From Candidatus Poribacteria bacterium (GTDB lineage Bacteria; Poribacteria; WGA-4E; UBA9662), in NCBI GenBank assembly GCA_036339735.1, contig JAYZAL010000049.1, positions 1-58,241 on the forward strand: DNA of 58,241 nucleotides, read 5' to 3'. Under the pieces are notes generated by a model. It searched no databases. It saw only the letters and a list, made by a program, of their open reading frames with translations, and was not told the DNA's origin. The translations under genes were made by a program, and so were the position numbers. This document shows, piece by piece, positions 10,846 through 21,110 of the stretch. Each line of letters starts with the position of its first letter. Position 1 is the first letter of the stretch.

Positions 10846-11017
10846 TTTCAACCTCTTCAAATTCCCTATTTTAAAAAAAAGCTAGTGCCGATTCTATACT
10901 TTCTAGATTGGTTGTCAAGGTTTAATGTCTCCATTCAAACAAGTTTCTTTTTTCTTTGGCTAATAGACAACTCAGATAAAGAAATGTTTTTAGTTGTTGT
11001 TGGCGTGGATCTAGTTC

Positions 11018-11626
11018 TTGGCTGACTTACAATTTAGACTAGCTCCCAAACAATTCCAACTCTCTTTGCGATGTAGTGTTCATAGTCAAGCTAAGTCTCA
11101 GTCTCTTCAACTCAATTTAATATATAACAAACTGAGGTATAACGCTGAAAATATACAATTTTCGATTGGTTATATTAAGGAGTTATTGCGTTCAGAGTCA
11201 GATAAACTCCGCCCATTGCATAATAGAGAAGTGTTTATGCCAGAAGTAGTTAACAAAGACTGAATTAGCTTCACCACAGGAAGCAGGCAGTACTTCATTG
11301 GTTGCACTGTCTAACATAGGAAGCGGATTTTCCTTCTAAGACTATTAATGGTTATAAAGATACCCACAAATTACTTTTAGAGATATTAGGTAATCAGCCA
11401 ATGAGTCAAATCACCGATGTAGATGCTAGGAAAGTGGTAAATGCTATAAAACAATTACCGCACAATCGGAGTAAGTCTTATCCCAAGCTGAGCACTATTA
11501 CAGCTAAAGAATGTCAAACTACCAAGTCATAAAACCATTCTGAAACATGTTGAAAGAATATCCACTTTATTTAAATGGGCTATAACAAAGGGATATATAC
11601 AGCAAAATATCTTTAAAGGTATTATT
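11018..11626 (+). pseudogene. Degenerate tyrosine integrase (N-terminal and core-binding part), homolog of 55224-56867
   Basis: Fragments DLQ..KQFQLSLRC, YIKELLRSE, LLLEILGNQPMSQI...IKQLPHNRSKSYP and ISTLFKWAITKGYIQQNIFKG match the intact integrase; stops and frameshifts; catalytic domain missing. Confidence 0.85.
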
Positions 11627-11627
11627 T

Positions 11628-12665
11628 TTACACTTTATTGTAAACGTTAGAGGTTAGTTTTTTACACATTTTCTGAACTTCTGTCCGATAGGATTCTTTA
11701 AATTTTTCATCTCCCATTACTTGAACGCTACTACCCCAAGCTAGAACTTGTCTGAGTAAGCCTTCCTGTCCATCAGTCTCAAAATGTAATTCGAGATAAT
11801 CCTTTTCCAATTCTACTTTCTGTTTCAAACTGGTAAAATTCTGATGTCTAACCCAGCGGGAGGCTGGTGGGCCGACTCTGACTACTGCCGAAACTATTTC
11901 TTGATTACGTACGCCACCGAATCCAGCATCAGCGTAGGCATTCAGATCAAAGTCAATTGGTTCCTCAAATGACTCGCTCAGACTCTCTAAATTTTGTAAT
12001 CGACCATCAAAATTAAATTGACGAATATCGCGTCGTAGATGACAGAAACCAACTAGCCGAAGCGCATTATAGGCATAATAGATTCCGTAAGGATCAACCT
12101 TACGTTTAGTTGTTACCCCATGTGTAGTTGATCGGTAGGTTAAATACACTCGTTGTCGCTGGCGATAGGCAATTTCGGCAATTTCGATCAAGGGGGATAA
12201 TCGCTCCATATCCTTCAACTGAGGAAAACGGAAAGCAAATGCTTGTTTAGACTCATTGATAAACTGATCATTTTCTGCTGGTATCGATTGACGAATTTTT
12301 GCCATGGCTCGACGAAAGTATTGGTAATGTGGGGTGCCTGCCAAAAAATTTAATGCTTCTTCTGCCAAAATCAAGGCCAGACTTTCTCTCTGATTTATCT
12401 TCACTTCGGGGTAAGGTAGTTTATACCCTTCTTTGAGACGCCAAATGGTCACTTTACCATTTTTCCCTTTTAAGACCGGAAATTGAGATAAACTGAGATC
12501 TAGCATGTCTCGCTCAATCGTACGAATCGATACTTGGCATAAATCAGCTAACTGAAGTTTTGTGGCACCAATTTGGCCGCAACGATCTAACTCTTTTAGT
12601 ATCATCCACTGTCGTTCAACTTGTTTTTCCTCAGCAATTTTGACTGGCAATTTTAGTAACTCCAA
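11628..12665 (-). CDS. HTH-WYL-WCX transcriptional regulator (PafB/PafC/DriD-like)
   Basis: LADLCQVSIRTIERDM wHTH; RKVDPYGI...LVGFCHLRRDIRQF WYL domain; VLAWGSSVQV WCX-type tail. Confidence 0.9.
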   Translation of the reverse strand: MELLKLPVKIAEEKQVERQWMILKELDRCGQIGATKLQLADLCQVSIRTIERDMLDLSLSQFPVLKGKNGKVTIWRLKEGYKLPYPEVKINQRESLALILAEEALNFLAGTPHYQYFRRAMAKIRQSIPAENDQFINESKQAFAFRFPQLKDMERLSPLIEIAEIAYRQRQRVYLTYRSTTHGVTTKRKVDPYGIYYAYNALRLVGFCHLRRDIRQFNFDGRLQNLESLSESFEEPIDFDLNAYADAGFGGVRNQEIVSAVVRVGPPASRWVRHQNFTSLKQKVELEKDYLELHFETDGQEGLLRQVLAWGSSVQVMGDEKFKESYRTEVQKMCKKLTSNVYNKV

Positions 12666-13065
12666 ATTGTAATAAATTGTTGATGGCTTATTACTTCTAA
12701 CTTAATCATGATTCTTTATATCCAATTAAAAAACCAAATGATTAATTCTGAGTCATGTCCAGTCTACAACTAGTATAGCCATCCAACCGTCGTTGAATAT
12801 CATCAAAAAGTATGATTTTTATTTTAGCAAAAGTGATATGGCTATTATTTAGATCTATAATTTTACTTTTTGTAAACTATATTGCGTAAATATGGGACGT
12901 AAACTCAAGGACTCAAATTGTCTACAGTAATAAAATCAGCGAATTTAATTTACGGTTATGGTCTTCCCTTTCCCAATTATTCGACGATTAAGATTTATTT
13001 ATGATAAAAATCCATGAAAGTTACTACCGTGTTATCACTTGCCCAGGTTCATAATCCAAATCTAC

Positions 13066-13847
13066 TCAAAAGTCGGTCAGTTGACCATAGGCAACTTGTC
13101 GTAATTTTTCTAGGGGGTTACCTTCTACTTGGTCTATTCGTTGACGGCTTAACTCAAGTTGTTGACTAACCTTGGTTCGTGAACTTTCTGGTTAGTCGAT
13201 AACCCAAAACGACGCTGTATAACCTCTGTTTCCCGATGGGTCAGTTTCTGGCGTAGGGCTCTATTGACTAGAGATCCTATTTGTTCTTTCAGCTCATTTT
13301 GTATAACCTGTTCATCAGGTCCAAGCTAGTCAATGGCGTAACTCGCGATTTCTAGTTCGCTACTATCGTCTTTGCGACTGCCCAGCGAATAGAACAAACG
13401 AGGCGCATGAAAAGATTGATGTTCTCTGGATTCGGATTGAGAATTCTCAAATCTGCTATCTTGCTTTTCAGATCGCAGTTCTGGTCTTACCCATTCGGCT
13501 AGTATTCTGAGACCTTGAGCATTGTTCTCTAAAGCTCGACTGATAGATTGTCGAATCCAGATCCACGCATGGGTAATAAATGTACCACGAGTAGGATTAA
13601 ACCGGTCAACAGCTTTCATGAGTCCAATAGATCCTTCTTATATCAGATCTTCTTCCATCATTCCACTCTCTTCACCCTGGTAGTAATCTTGCTTTACCAC
13701 CTTTCTGACTAAGCTTAGGCGTTTTTCAACCAAACGATTTCTGATCTGCTGGCAGCCACTTTCCTGTCCGGCTGTTTTGGCTGCAGCCAATTGACTGAAG
13801 AGCTCATTTTCCTGCAGCCAATTAATTTACGATTGTTGATGGTCCAT
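13066..13847 (-). pseudogene. Sigma70-family (RpoD/RpoS-like) sigma factor pseudogene
   Basis: ATG 13847 with GAAGGGG RBS; region 2 EDLI*EGSIGLMKAVDRFNP...WIRQSISRAL; region 4 LTHRETEVIQRRFGL...LSRQRIDQVE...LEKLR; several stops and frameshifts. Confidence 0.85.
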
Positions 13848-13882
13848 GTTTGACAACCCCTTCATTTTGGATTGACAATCCC

Positions 13883-13916
13883 ATTATACAACCCAATAAC
13901 GACAAGTAATGTCGCA
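13883..13916 (-). promoter_or_regulatory. WYL-activator-type promoter (CGAC-N7-GTCG box plus -10)
   Basis: Minus strand GCGAC-ATTACTT-GTCGT, with TGTCGT-N10-TATAAT spacing, about 35 bp upstream of the sigma pseudogene. Confidence 0.65.
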
Positions 13917-14088
13917 TGAAGGTAATTAGCACTTTTAATTTCTATTCCTACACGAGAGGGCTATTGATGAAGATGGTTTTTTGATTAGTCAGAGACAAAT
14001 TTGACTGGTATCTACTGATGAGACAATGACCTTGAAATGTACGATGTATCCAATTTAAATTTTAAATCCAAAAAGTATGAACTGACTT

Positions 14089-14120
14089 CGACACAGATTG
14101 TCATACTTGGCACGTACGAT
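14089..14120 (+). promoter_or_regulatory. Second, divergent WYL-activator-type promoter
   Basis: CGAC-ACAGATT-GTCA, with TGTCAT-N10-TACGAT spacing. Confidence 0.55.
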
Positions 14121-14269
14121 CCACACCGATAATCAAATCAATGAAAATTAATTCAAGTTCTGGAGAAGAAATATAGATGACTGTAGTTATAAATTAGGGA
14201 AAGAAAAAGGTTCCACGTTCAAGGCAGTCATTTCCAGATCTCCGAATTACAAGACATTGGTTTTCATCA

Positions 14270-14850
14270 GTCAACAATGGATAGTAAAAGGCGACTACCC
14301 CCAGTAAAGCTAATATAGCTACGGGGTATGGGATAAGAAAAGGGTATCAGCACCATCTGGTAATCTTTGCTTCTCCTTCTCTTCCTTGATTCTTCCTTTA
14401 ATTCTTTCATCCTAAAATCTTCCCCAATAGTTTTGCCTCGGTATACAAAACCGTATTTTTCCTGTGATTTGTGTAACCAATTAAAACTACGCTCCTTTTC
14501 GTCCATACCTGCATAAACTAGAACTACGGAAAATTCTAATAATGGGTCGTTCCGATAATCCTTTTGGATTCTTAATATGATTTGATTTACCTAATTCTGA
14601 ACGCAATCTATCTTTAATCTGGTCAATAGTAGTTCTCAGATGACCAGAGTTATCCCTCAATTGATCATAAATATATTGAGATGGATTTAAAGATAGAAGG
14701 AACGTAATGTGACTTACTTCAGAATTCCACATCTGAGAGAAAGTTGGAATTCTTTGGTGCTTAGTAGTGATTGTAGGTCTTTAGGAACTATTGAACAGAA
14801 TGGATAGCTACTACCTGTTTGACGAAAGACCAGATAGGATTTTTGAATTC
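14270..14850 (-). pseudogene. Degenerate tyrosine integrase N-terminus, second homolog of 55224-56867
   Basis: KSYLVFRQTGSSYPFCSIVPKDLQSLLSTKEFQLSLRCGILK* then SQYIYDQLRDN...TIDQIKDRLRSELGKS align to the intact N-terminus; the low-coordinate boundary is approximate. Confidence 0.8.
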
Positions 14851-15184
14851 TTAACTGATTCTATAGTTCCACCAAACTCACTAACATTTCTAGAGATTGG
14901 TACACAAGTACTCTTGCCCTACTCAAGATAAAGGTGTGTCGTCAAGTGTGTTTTTATTCCTTCGCTTAGTTATTCATTAAGAAGTGATTTCTATTCGAAT
15001 GGTTTTGAGATCATTATTTCGAAAAGCAATGAAGAAGATCTTTGGCTAATTAGCTAGATAATATAAGCAAACCACAAATTGCACTGCAATTGATAAAATC
15101 ACCATAATTAAAGTGAAAAACGGGATTTATCTGATTGCACTCAACATTCCTAAAACTCCTTTTTGTACTCTTAAATAATTTTGT

Positions 15185-16222
15185 CTAAAGTACTTCTCTC
15201 AGTTGATGAAAAAAATTGTCAGGCAGATCAACGGGTAAATCCAACGGTTGTCGGATAAGTGAGCTATAATAGAGACTTAATAGCAAATTGAACTCAGCCA
15301 AAGACTGGTCCAAGTGGGTTGGATGAACCTGACTCTCATCTTCCAGCCAGTCGAAGACAGCTTCAGTTAATCCCGCTTGAGCATAGATATCCTGATCCCC
15401 ATAGTCTAAGTTGCCACCTTGATAACCACCGTCAGCAGTAAATCGTTCCCAACTTTCGTATCGCCAATGAATAAAACCTTTTGAACCGAAAATACAGATC
15501 CGCTTGTGCCGATCATTGCTCATTCCTTCGATCACTGAAGGTGCCATTTCGGTACCAAAAGCGACCGAAGCCTGAAGTCCGTTGGCGTAAGTGATTAGTC
15601 CACTGGCATGATCAGGGGACGGCTGAGCCGAGTTCATATGGTTCCGGCCTGACACCTGGCCCATGACTCGTACTGGTCGAACATTGTCGATGTAGGAGGA
15701 AATCAATTGTAGGACATGTGGGCCTTGATCAACCGGTGTCTGTCTCGCACTGGCTTCAATGAATTTGATATTTCCAATTTTTCCATCAGCCACGTCTTGT
15801 TTTAATACCAAATTTTGTGGATGAAAATTGAGTTGTGTATTGACCACAAATTTAGTTTTGGTTTCAGCTGATAAGCCACACAAATTACGCCAATCTTCTC
15901 CCATAACAGCAATTGGCTTTTCTACAATGGCGGCTGGCACACCGTAGTCGGAGGCAATTTTCATCAATGGATATCGAAGTAATTGATTGGTTTCCCGCAA
16001 AACGGGCGAAGTGACGATGTGAAGTAGATCAGGCTGTTCCATTTTTAGCATCTTTTCAAAATCGGTGTACCGTGTCTCGATGCCAAACTGATCACCCATT
16101 TTATTGAGTAGTTCATCATTCATATCGCAAATAGCGACCAATTTGCCTCGCTTGACATGTCGGTAAGCAGAAACGTGGCCTTTTGCTCGCCCACCACAAC
16201 CTAAAATTGCACACTTGTACAT
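15185..16222 (-). CDS. Gfo/Idh/MocA family oxidoreductase
   Basis: CAILGCGG Rossmann start, LVAICD and IVEKPIA motifs. Confidence 0.9.
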   Translation of the reverse strand: MYKCAILGCGGRAKGHVSAYRHVKRGKLVAICDMNDELLNKMGDQFGIETRYTDFEKMLKMEQPDLLHIVTSPVLRETNQLLRYPLMKIASDYGVPAAIVEKPIAVMGEDWRNLCGLSAETKTKFVVNTQLNFHPQNLVLKQDVADGKIGNIKFIEASARQTPVDQGPHVLQLISSYIDNVRPVRVMGQVSGRNHMNSAQPSPDHASGLITYANGLQASVAFGTEMAPSVIEGMSNDRHKRICIFGSKGFIHWRYESWERFTADGGYQGGNLDYGDQDIYAQAGLTEAVFDWLEDESQVHPTHLDQSLAEFNLLLSLYYSSLIRQPLDLPVDLPDNFFHQLREVL

Positions 16223-16466
16223 AGTATTCTAGCCTCTTTTAATTTATCTCATCTGTCTAATCTAGGCAGATGCATCATATAGCTGTCAATAATTAAAAGC
16301 AATAAAAAAGACAAATCAAGAAGAACAAAACGGCAGTTAGAAAAACTATCTACTATCATTTTGAATGAGTAATTGGCTAATATATAGTAAGCCTGTTTAG
16401 AACAAAGAGAATCTGTTTTTCTGTTCTAGTAGTTGATAGAATTGGAAACAGGAAATTTAGTAAAGA

Positions 16467-16790
16467 ATGAATTCAGGAAACCTTTTCCAAGTCTGCAAAT
16501 AGCAGGATTTAAACAACAACGATTTACTAGGACAATTACCTCAGATTGAGTCAGTTGCAACTGGCAAGATCGCAATGAATGGACGGAAAATAAAATTATC
16601 TAGGTTTAAGTGTTGAATCAGCGGTTTTTGCGGCTGGTCAAAAGGATCTGAACCAATATGGAATAGGATCTAGCAGCTCTAGATTGCTGAGTGGCAACCT
16701 GAATCTATAACTAACAGTTAGAAGACCAAATTTCTTGTTTGAAAGAAACTCAAGCAACCTTGTATAAGACACACCTTAATCAAAACAACG
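16467..16790 (+). pseudogene. N-terminal remnant of 8-amino-7-oxononanoate synthase (BioF/KBL family)
   Basis: MNSGNLFQVCK*QDLNNNDLLGQLPQIES...MNGRKI, then QYGIGSSSSRLLSGN and QLEDQISCLKETQATL across stops and frameshifts. Confidence 0.65.
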
Positions 16791-16871
16791 AAATTATGTT
16801 AGGACATCTAAGATTAATCGCTCATGAGTCCACAAGAATTAAAAAATAACCACAATAGGTAAGACCCTCTA

Positions 16872-16995
16872 TAAGAATACTTATAGGGACCTTTACCCTC
16901 TAATTAGCGACACCCTTCTTTTGGTTATTTATCTTATCTATAGCAAAAAACAAACAAATAGTTTTCAGCTAAGTCCTGATTACACATTCATTATT
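16872..16995 (-). repeat. Dispersed repeat, copy B
   Basis: Reverse-complement match to 7919-8036, including AAAGGTCCCTATAAGTATTCTTA. Confidence 0.85.
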
Positions 16996-17142
16996 GGGCA
17001 TTTATTGAGACTAACCTAAAATTGATCCCTTGGCATGATGAGGTTTATTGATTTTAAATTGAGAGTCAAAAAACGTCCGAGAACTTAAAAATAAAGAATT
17101 TCATCAAATAAAAAATATAATACTGACTAGTGGGTAGAAAAA

Positions 17143-17943
17143 ATGATGCATTGGCCTAAAAACAAACTAATAAACGAACTGGCAAAACAGTTCTACCACA
17201 CTTTTTATCAACATTGTTGGCCAACTAATCAAAAACCTGATCTGCAAGAACTGAGTATTGACCAATCCTATCAAGTTCAGGACCTAGTCACTAACATGAG
17301 ACTTGAAAAGGGAGAGGAAGTGATCGGCTTCAAAGTAGGTTGTACGAGTCATGCTATTCAGTCTCAGTTCCGGTTGAACGAGCCAATTTGTGCTCGATTG
17401 TTTTCCCCTCACGTCATTTCAGAAGGTGTCAGACTAAATTGGAAAAACTATCTAAATTGCGCGATCGAACCCGAAATGGTTTTCAAAATCAACAAAGATC
17501 TGTCGGGCGAAAATTTATCAGATGAGCAATTGATTTCAGCCATCAAATATGTCAGTCCAGGCCTCGAAATTCACAATTTCAAGTTTTGGGCTACGCCAAA
17601 TTCATTATCAGAATTGATTTGTAGTGGTGGAGTTCATGCTGCTTTAATCATTGGTAAACAAAAGGTTTCGGCTCAACAGTTATCTTTTCAGCAGGAGAAT
17701 TTTCAAGTTTTTAAAGATAACATTCTGATAACCCAAGCTACAGCTGATCAAATTATGGGTGGTCCGCTACATGCCTTGCGTTGGTTGGTTAGATTTCTAA
17801 GTCAAAAGGGCGAAGTTCTAAAAAGTGGTAGTTGGGTCATTCCAGGTTCACCGGTGGAATTAGTTCCCATTAAAATGGATACAATCTTGCGAGTTGAAAT
17901 TGATGCCGTTGGCAGCTGTGTTACACGATTTTATTCGGACTAG
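17143..17943 (+). CDS. 2-keto-4-pentenoate hydratase-like (MhpD / FAH superfamily)
   Basis: GFKVGCTS, IEPE, PGLEI and MGGP-x2-AL-x-WL motifs. Confidence 0.85.
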   Translation: MMHWPKNKLINELAKQFYHTFYQHCWPTNQKPDLQELSIDQSYQVQDLVTNMRLEKGEEVIGFKVGCTSHAIQSQFRLNEPICARLFSPHVISEGVRLNWKNYLNCAIEPEMVFKINKDLSGENLSDEQLISAIKYVSPGLEIHNFKFWATPNSLSELICSGGVHAALIIGKQKVSAQQLSFQQENFQVFKDNILITQATADQIMGGPLHALRWLVRFLSQKGEVLKSGSWVIPGSPVELVPIKMDTILRVEIDAVGSCVTRFYSD

Positions 17944-18454
17944 ATTTTAGATTTTCACCACATCCAAGTATAGTTTTTATATTGAGAGCTCGATAAAAAA
18001 CGATCTAAGGATAGAATTGTTGAGTCAAATTTTAATTTCTCTACCGCAGTAGTGGTGGAAATATTTTGCCAAATCCATTTATTTTCGGGTCTACCGAAAC
18101 CAGCAAACGAAATAGATATTTGGTAACTAGCACTTGCACTGTAGTGGTCAAAATCCAAGATTTAATTAAATACGTAGATCCAGATAAGATCTCGGTCAAG
18201 TTAAAGCTGTTGGAATTGGACAATTTGATGGAGTTGAAGGCCAACTTTGACCCCATTCCGGGTAAATTGTTAGCTCTGGGTCTTTAGCATACTCTAATTT
18301 GGCTTTCAAAATACCCAGATTGAACAAATCCCACAGCAGATTCCAATATTACCCCTTAGAATCACTTATATTATTTGGAATAGCATTGCCAGTTTCTCCA
18401 TAAATTGGATCTTTTGTCGCACACCGAAAAGTGAAAGCAACTTCAGCCAATCTG

Positions 18455-20365
18455 TTAAATAAAAATATGATAAACTGGCACGTCAGCCACCATTCCCACG
18501 ATCATCCAAAGTGCACCAGCTACAAAGTCGCCTAATATAAGTCCAAAAAAGAAAGGAACGACTCGCTGGTAACCTTTTACGCCAACCGTTTTCAAAACAA
18601 TTGTCTTTAGCAACCAACTAATGAAAAAAGGACACCAAAAGTAGTCAATAGCAAAACTGACGGCTAAAGAGTAACCAGCTGGGTGAAGTGGCCACCAAAA
18701 AAAGAGAATCCGAAACCAGAACAGAATGAAAGTAAAAAAGGCACCAAAACTGATGAATCCAATTTGCTGCCATTCGGATGTGATCGGATTTTGTAGCCAA
18801 CTTGACAGTTGATTCATAGCACCGTTTCCAACCCAAAGACGGAATCCAGTCACTTTAGAAGTTGCCCCATCTCGGTACATCATATCTAGGTTCACCCAAA
18901 ATGCGCAAACTAAGCTAATGATGCCAGCCACTATCATTGCCCATAGAATTTGATTGTTTTTGATCCTAGCGGCCTCAGCTATTTTGAGTGCTTCAAACTG
19001 ATTGGGCATTGGATGTGGCCGATAACCACGGTTAAACCAAAAAAAGAAGGTCATGCTCGTTAGCTCATCTGCCCCCCAACATTTGCTACCAAACACCGTT
19101 ACCATCATCTCTAGTGGATGGTTGAAAATTCCATGGGGGGCACCAAATTCCGCCCTCAACCGAGTCACAGCAACCGCGATGGTAAAGTAAATGCTGAAGA
19201 AAGTAATAGTTGCCCAAACTGAGATGCCTGCTAAGCCACCAAAAACCAATAGAAATAAACCACCAACAATCAGCCCGATTAGTGCCAATCGATACCGCAT
19301 CGGTTCGGCTTCATCGATTTGGGATGACGGTGATACTGCTACACGAAGTACCAATGCTAAATGCTTGCGGGTCAACCAAAAAGCAATTGTAGCCAAACAG
19401 ACCCAAGCACCTGCAGACTGTTGATGAAAAAAGGGAAATCCCGGTATCTGGTTTAATCCCAAATAAGTCGATAATATTCGTGATAGCTTTCTTAAGAGAA
19501 AAAAAAACCAACAAGAAAAGGAAAGATCTAATGGTAAAAAGAAACCAATACCAATCATAAACGGGTAGAAGGAGATACGTGTTCTACCCATCGCATTCCA
19601 AGGTTTTTCGATGAAGTATTGTTGAATATCATGCAGTTTTAGGTGTAGGTGCGGTACGGAGGGAAACATTATGTTTAGACCGCTTAGAATGTCAAACACG
19701 GCTACTGTAGTGAAGCCAAGCCACAAAAAATGAGCCGAAAAAAAATTACTTGGTTGTACCAAATTCAAGGGAAGTTGAATAATCGGAAAAGATAACTTCT
19801 CATCTTGTATCCACTGACGGCGCAATATTGTATTCAGACAATGCATTATTGTTAGCAAAACTAGTGTAAAACTAATCCAAGTTATAATTGGGTATAACCA
19901 GCTTCGAATGTGTTCCAATTGGTAGAAGCTCGATTCGCCTTCATAATATCCAATCAAGATTTTTGGGTTACTAACAGTGAAATGTGGCGGAATATAGTGA
20001 AAGAAAAGATCTTGCCATTCGTTTTCAACCGTAGAAAAACGATAAGGATGAACCACCACTGCAAATAAATCTTGCAACATACCGTAAGCCGAGATGGATG
20101 TACCTATAACCAACATTGCGTAAACCGTCAGCAGATCAGCTATGGTTAAAAGCCGCCAGTTGCAAAAAGTCAATAGACCGTGATTAAGAATCACTAGACA
20201 AAACAAAATAAAAACAGGGTAGATAAACAAAGGAAGGGCTGTCGCTTGTGAACCATATTTCATCTCGGCGATTGTGACCCAATAGACCTCAAATGGGAGG
20301 AGAATCACCCCTAACAGAAACGGGCGCCAATTGTTAGTACTTGAGGTTGAATCACAATTCGACAT
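18455..20365 (-). CDS. DUF6785/DUF6784-type polytopic membrane protein
   Basis: ENEW, RRQW-x3-EKLSFPI, RLRAEFG, MPNQFE, WWPLHPAGY and GLILGD motifs. Confidence 0.8.
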   Translation of the reverse strand: MSNCDSTSSTNNWRPFLLGVILLPFEVYWVTIAEMKYGSQATALPLFIYPVFILFCLVILNHGLLTFCNWRLLTIADLLTVYAMLVIGTSISAYGMLQDLFAVVVHPYRFSTVENEWQDLFFHYIPPHFTVSNPKILIGYYEGESSFYQLEHIRSWLYPIITWISFTLVLLTIMHCLNTILRRQWIQDEKLSFPIIQLPLNLVQPSNFFSAHFLWLGFTTVAVFDILSGLNIMFPSVPHLHLKLHDIQQYFIEKPWNAMGRTRISFYPFMIGIGFFLPLDLSFSCWFFFLLRKLSRILSTYLGLNQIPGFPFFHQQSAGAWVCLATIAFWLTRKHLALVLRVAVSPSSQIDEAEPMRYRLALIGLIVGGLFLLVFGGLAGISVWATITFFSIYFTIAVAVTRLRAEFGAPHGIFNHPLEMMVTVFGSKCWGADELTSMTFFFWFNRGYRPHPMPNQFEALKIAEAARIKNNQILWAMIVAGIISLVCAFWVNLDMMYRDGATSKVTGFRLWVGNGAMNQLSSWLQNPITSEWQQIGFISFGAFFTFILFWFRILFFWWPLHPAGYSLAVSFAIDYFWCPFFISWLLKTIVLKTVGVKGYQRVVPFFFGLILGDFVAGALWMIVGMVADVPVYHIFI

Positions 20366-20784
20366 TTGGCAAATTAATAATTTATTGACACAAAATTAAC
20401 CCAAAGTGTTAAAAGATCAATGTTTAGCGGGTAGGAAAAACACCTAGTAAAATCGATAAAATCATTTAAACACGGTTAAATGGGACAAATTATGGCCATG
20501 CATTCTTTATAACCTGATTTGCCTTCCCGATTGCTCACTATAACCAAATTGTTTTAGTCAAAAAAAGGCAATACGGCACCTTTATATCATAGTTAGTCTA
20601 TGATCTTTGTGTAGTATTAATTGTGATAATCGCTGGTCAATTTCTTAATATTTATTTATCCATGCACAAAATTCTTATACTGATCTGACGGATAACTGAA
20701 AAAAGAAAATATAACTGCTTCTTTTTATTGGCTACAACGACCGTAACCTTATAGGTCATATGAGTCGACAAACAAGGGAAGTAT

Positions 20785-20876
20785 CTTATAGGGATCTTTA
20801 CCCTTCAATTACCTACATCCTTCTTGTGGTTATTTACCTTAATCTCCAACAAAAAAACACACAATAACCTATTTAG
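20785..20876 (-). repeat. Dispersed repeat, copy C (more diverged)
   Basis: Reverse complement contains TAAGGTAAATAACCACAAGAAGG...GAAGGGTAAAGATCCCTATAAG. Confidence 0.8.
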
Positions 20877-21110
20877 ATGAATATGATCCAAAGAAAATCA
20901 CTAAACATTCGGAAAATGCAATCAAAATAGGAACTACGGTTTATGACTATTTTTCATTTGGTTTGAATGGTAAATATATGACAACTTTTGTTGAGATTCT
21001 TCAAGAGATTTGCCAATTCGGCCAATCATCTAAGAAATAATATTTGCTATTCTATAAAGAAGAACATAATTCTCTTCATCATAAAGAAGTTTGGAAAAAC
21101 AATACTAGGC

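Noticed and set aside
14487-14732. ORF first read as a plasmid Rep fragment
   Set aside because: It aligns better with the N-terminus of the 55224 integrase (IDQIKDRLRSELGKS vs INDIKDILRTELEKS).
17955-18440. Overlapping short ORFs downstream of the 18455 gene
   Set aside because: No recognisable family or RBS; may be eroded coding DNA but I cannot assign it.
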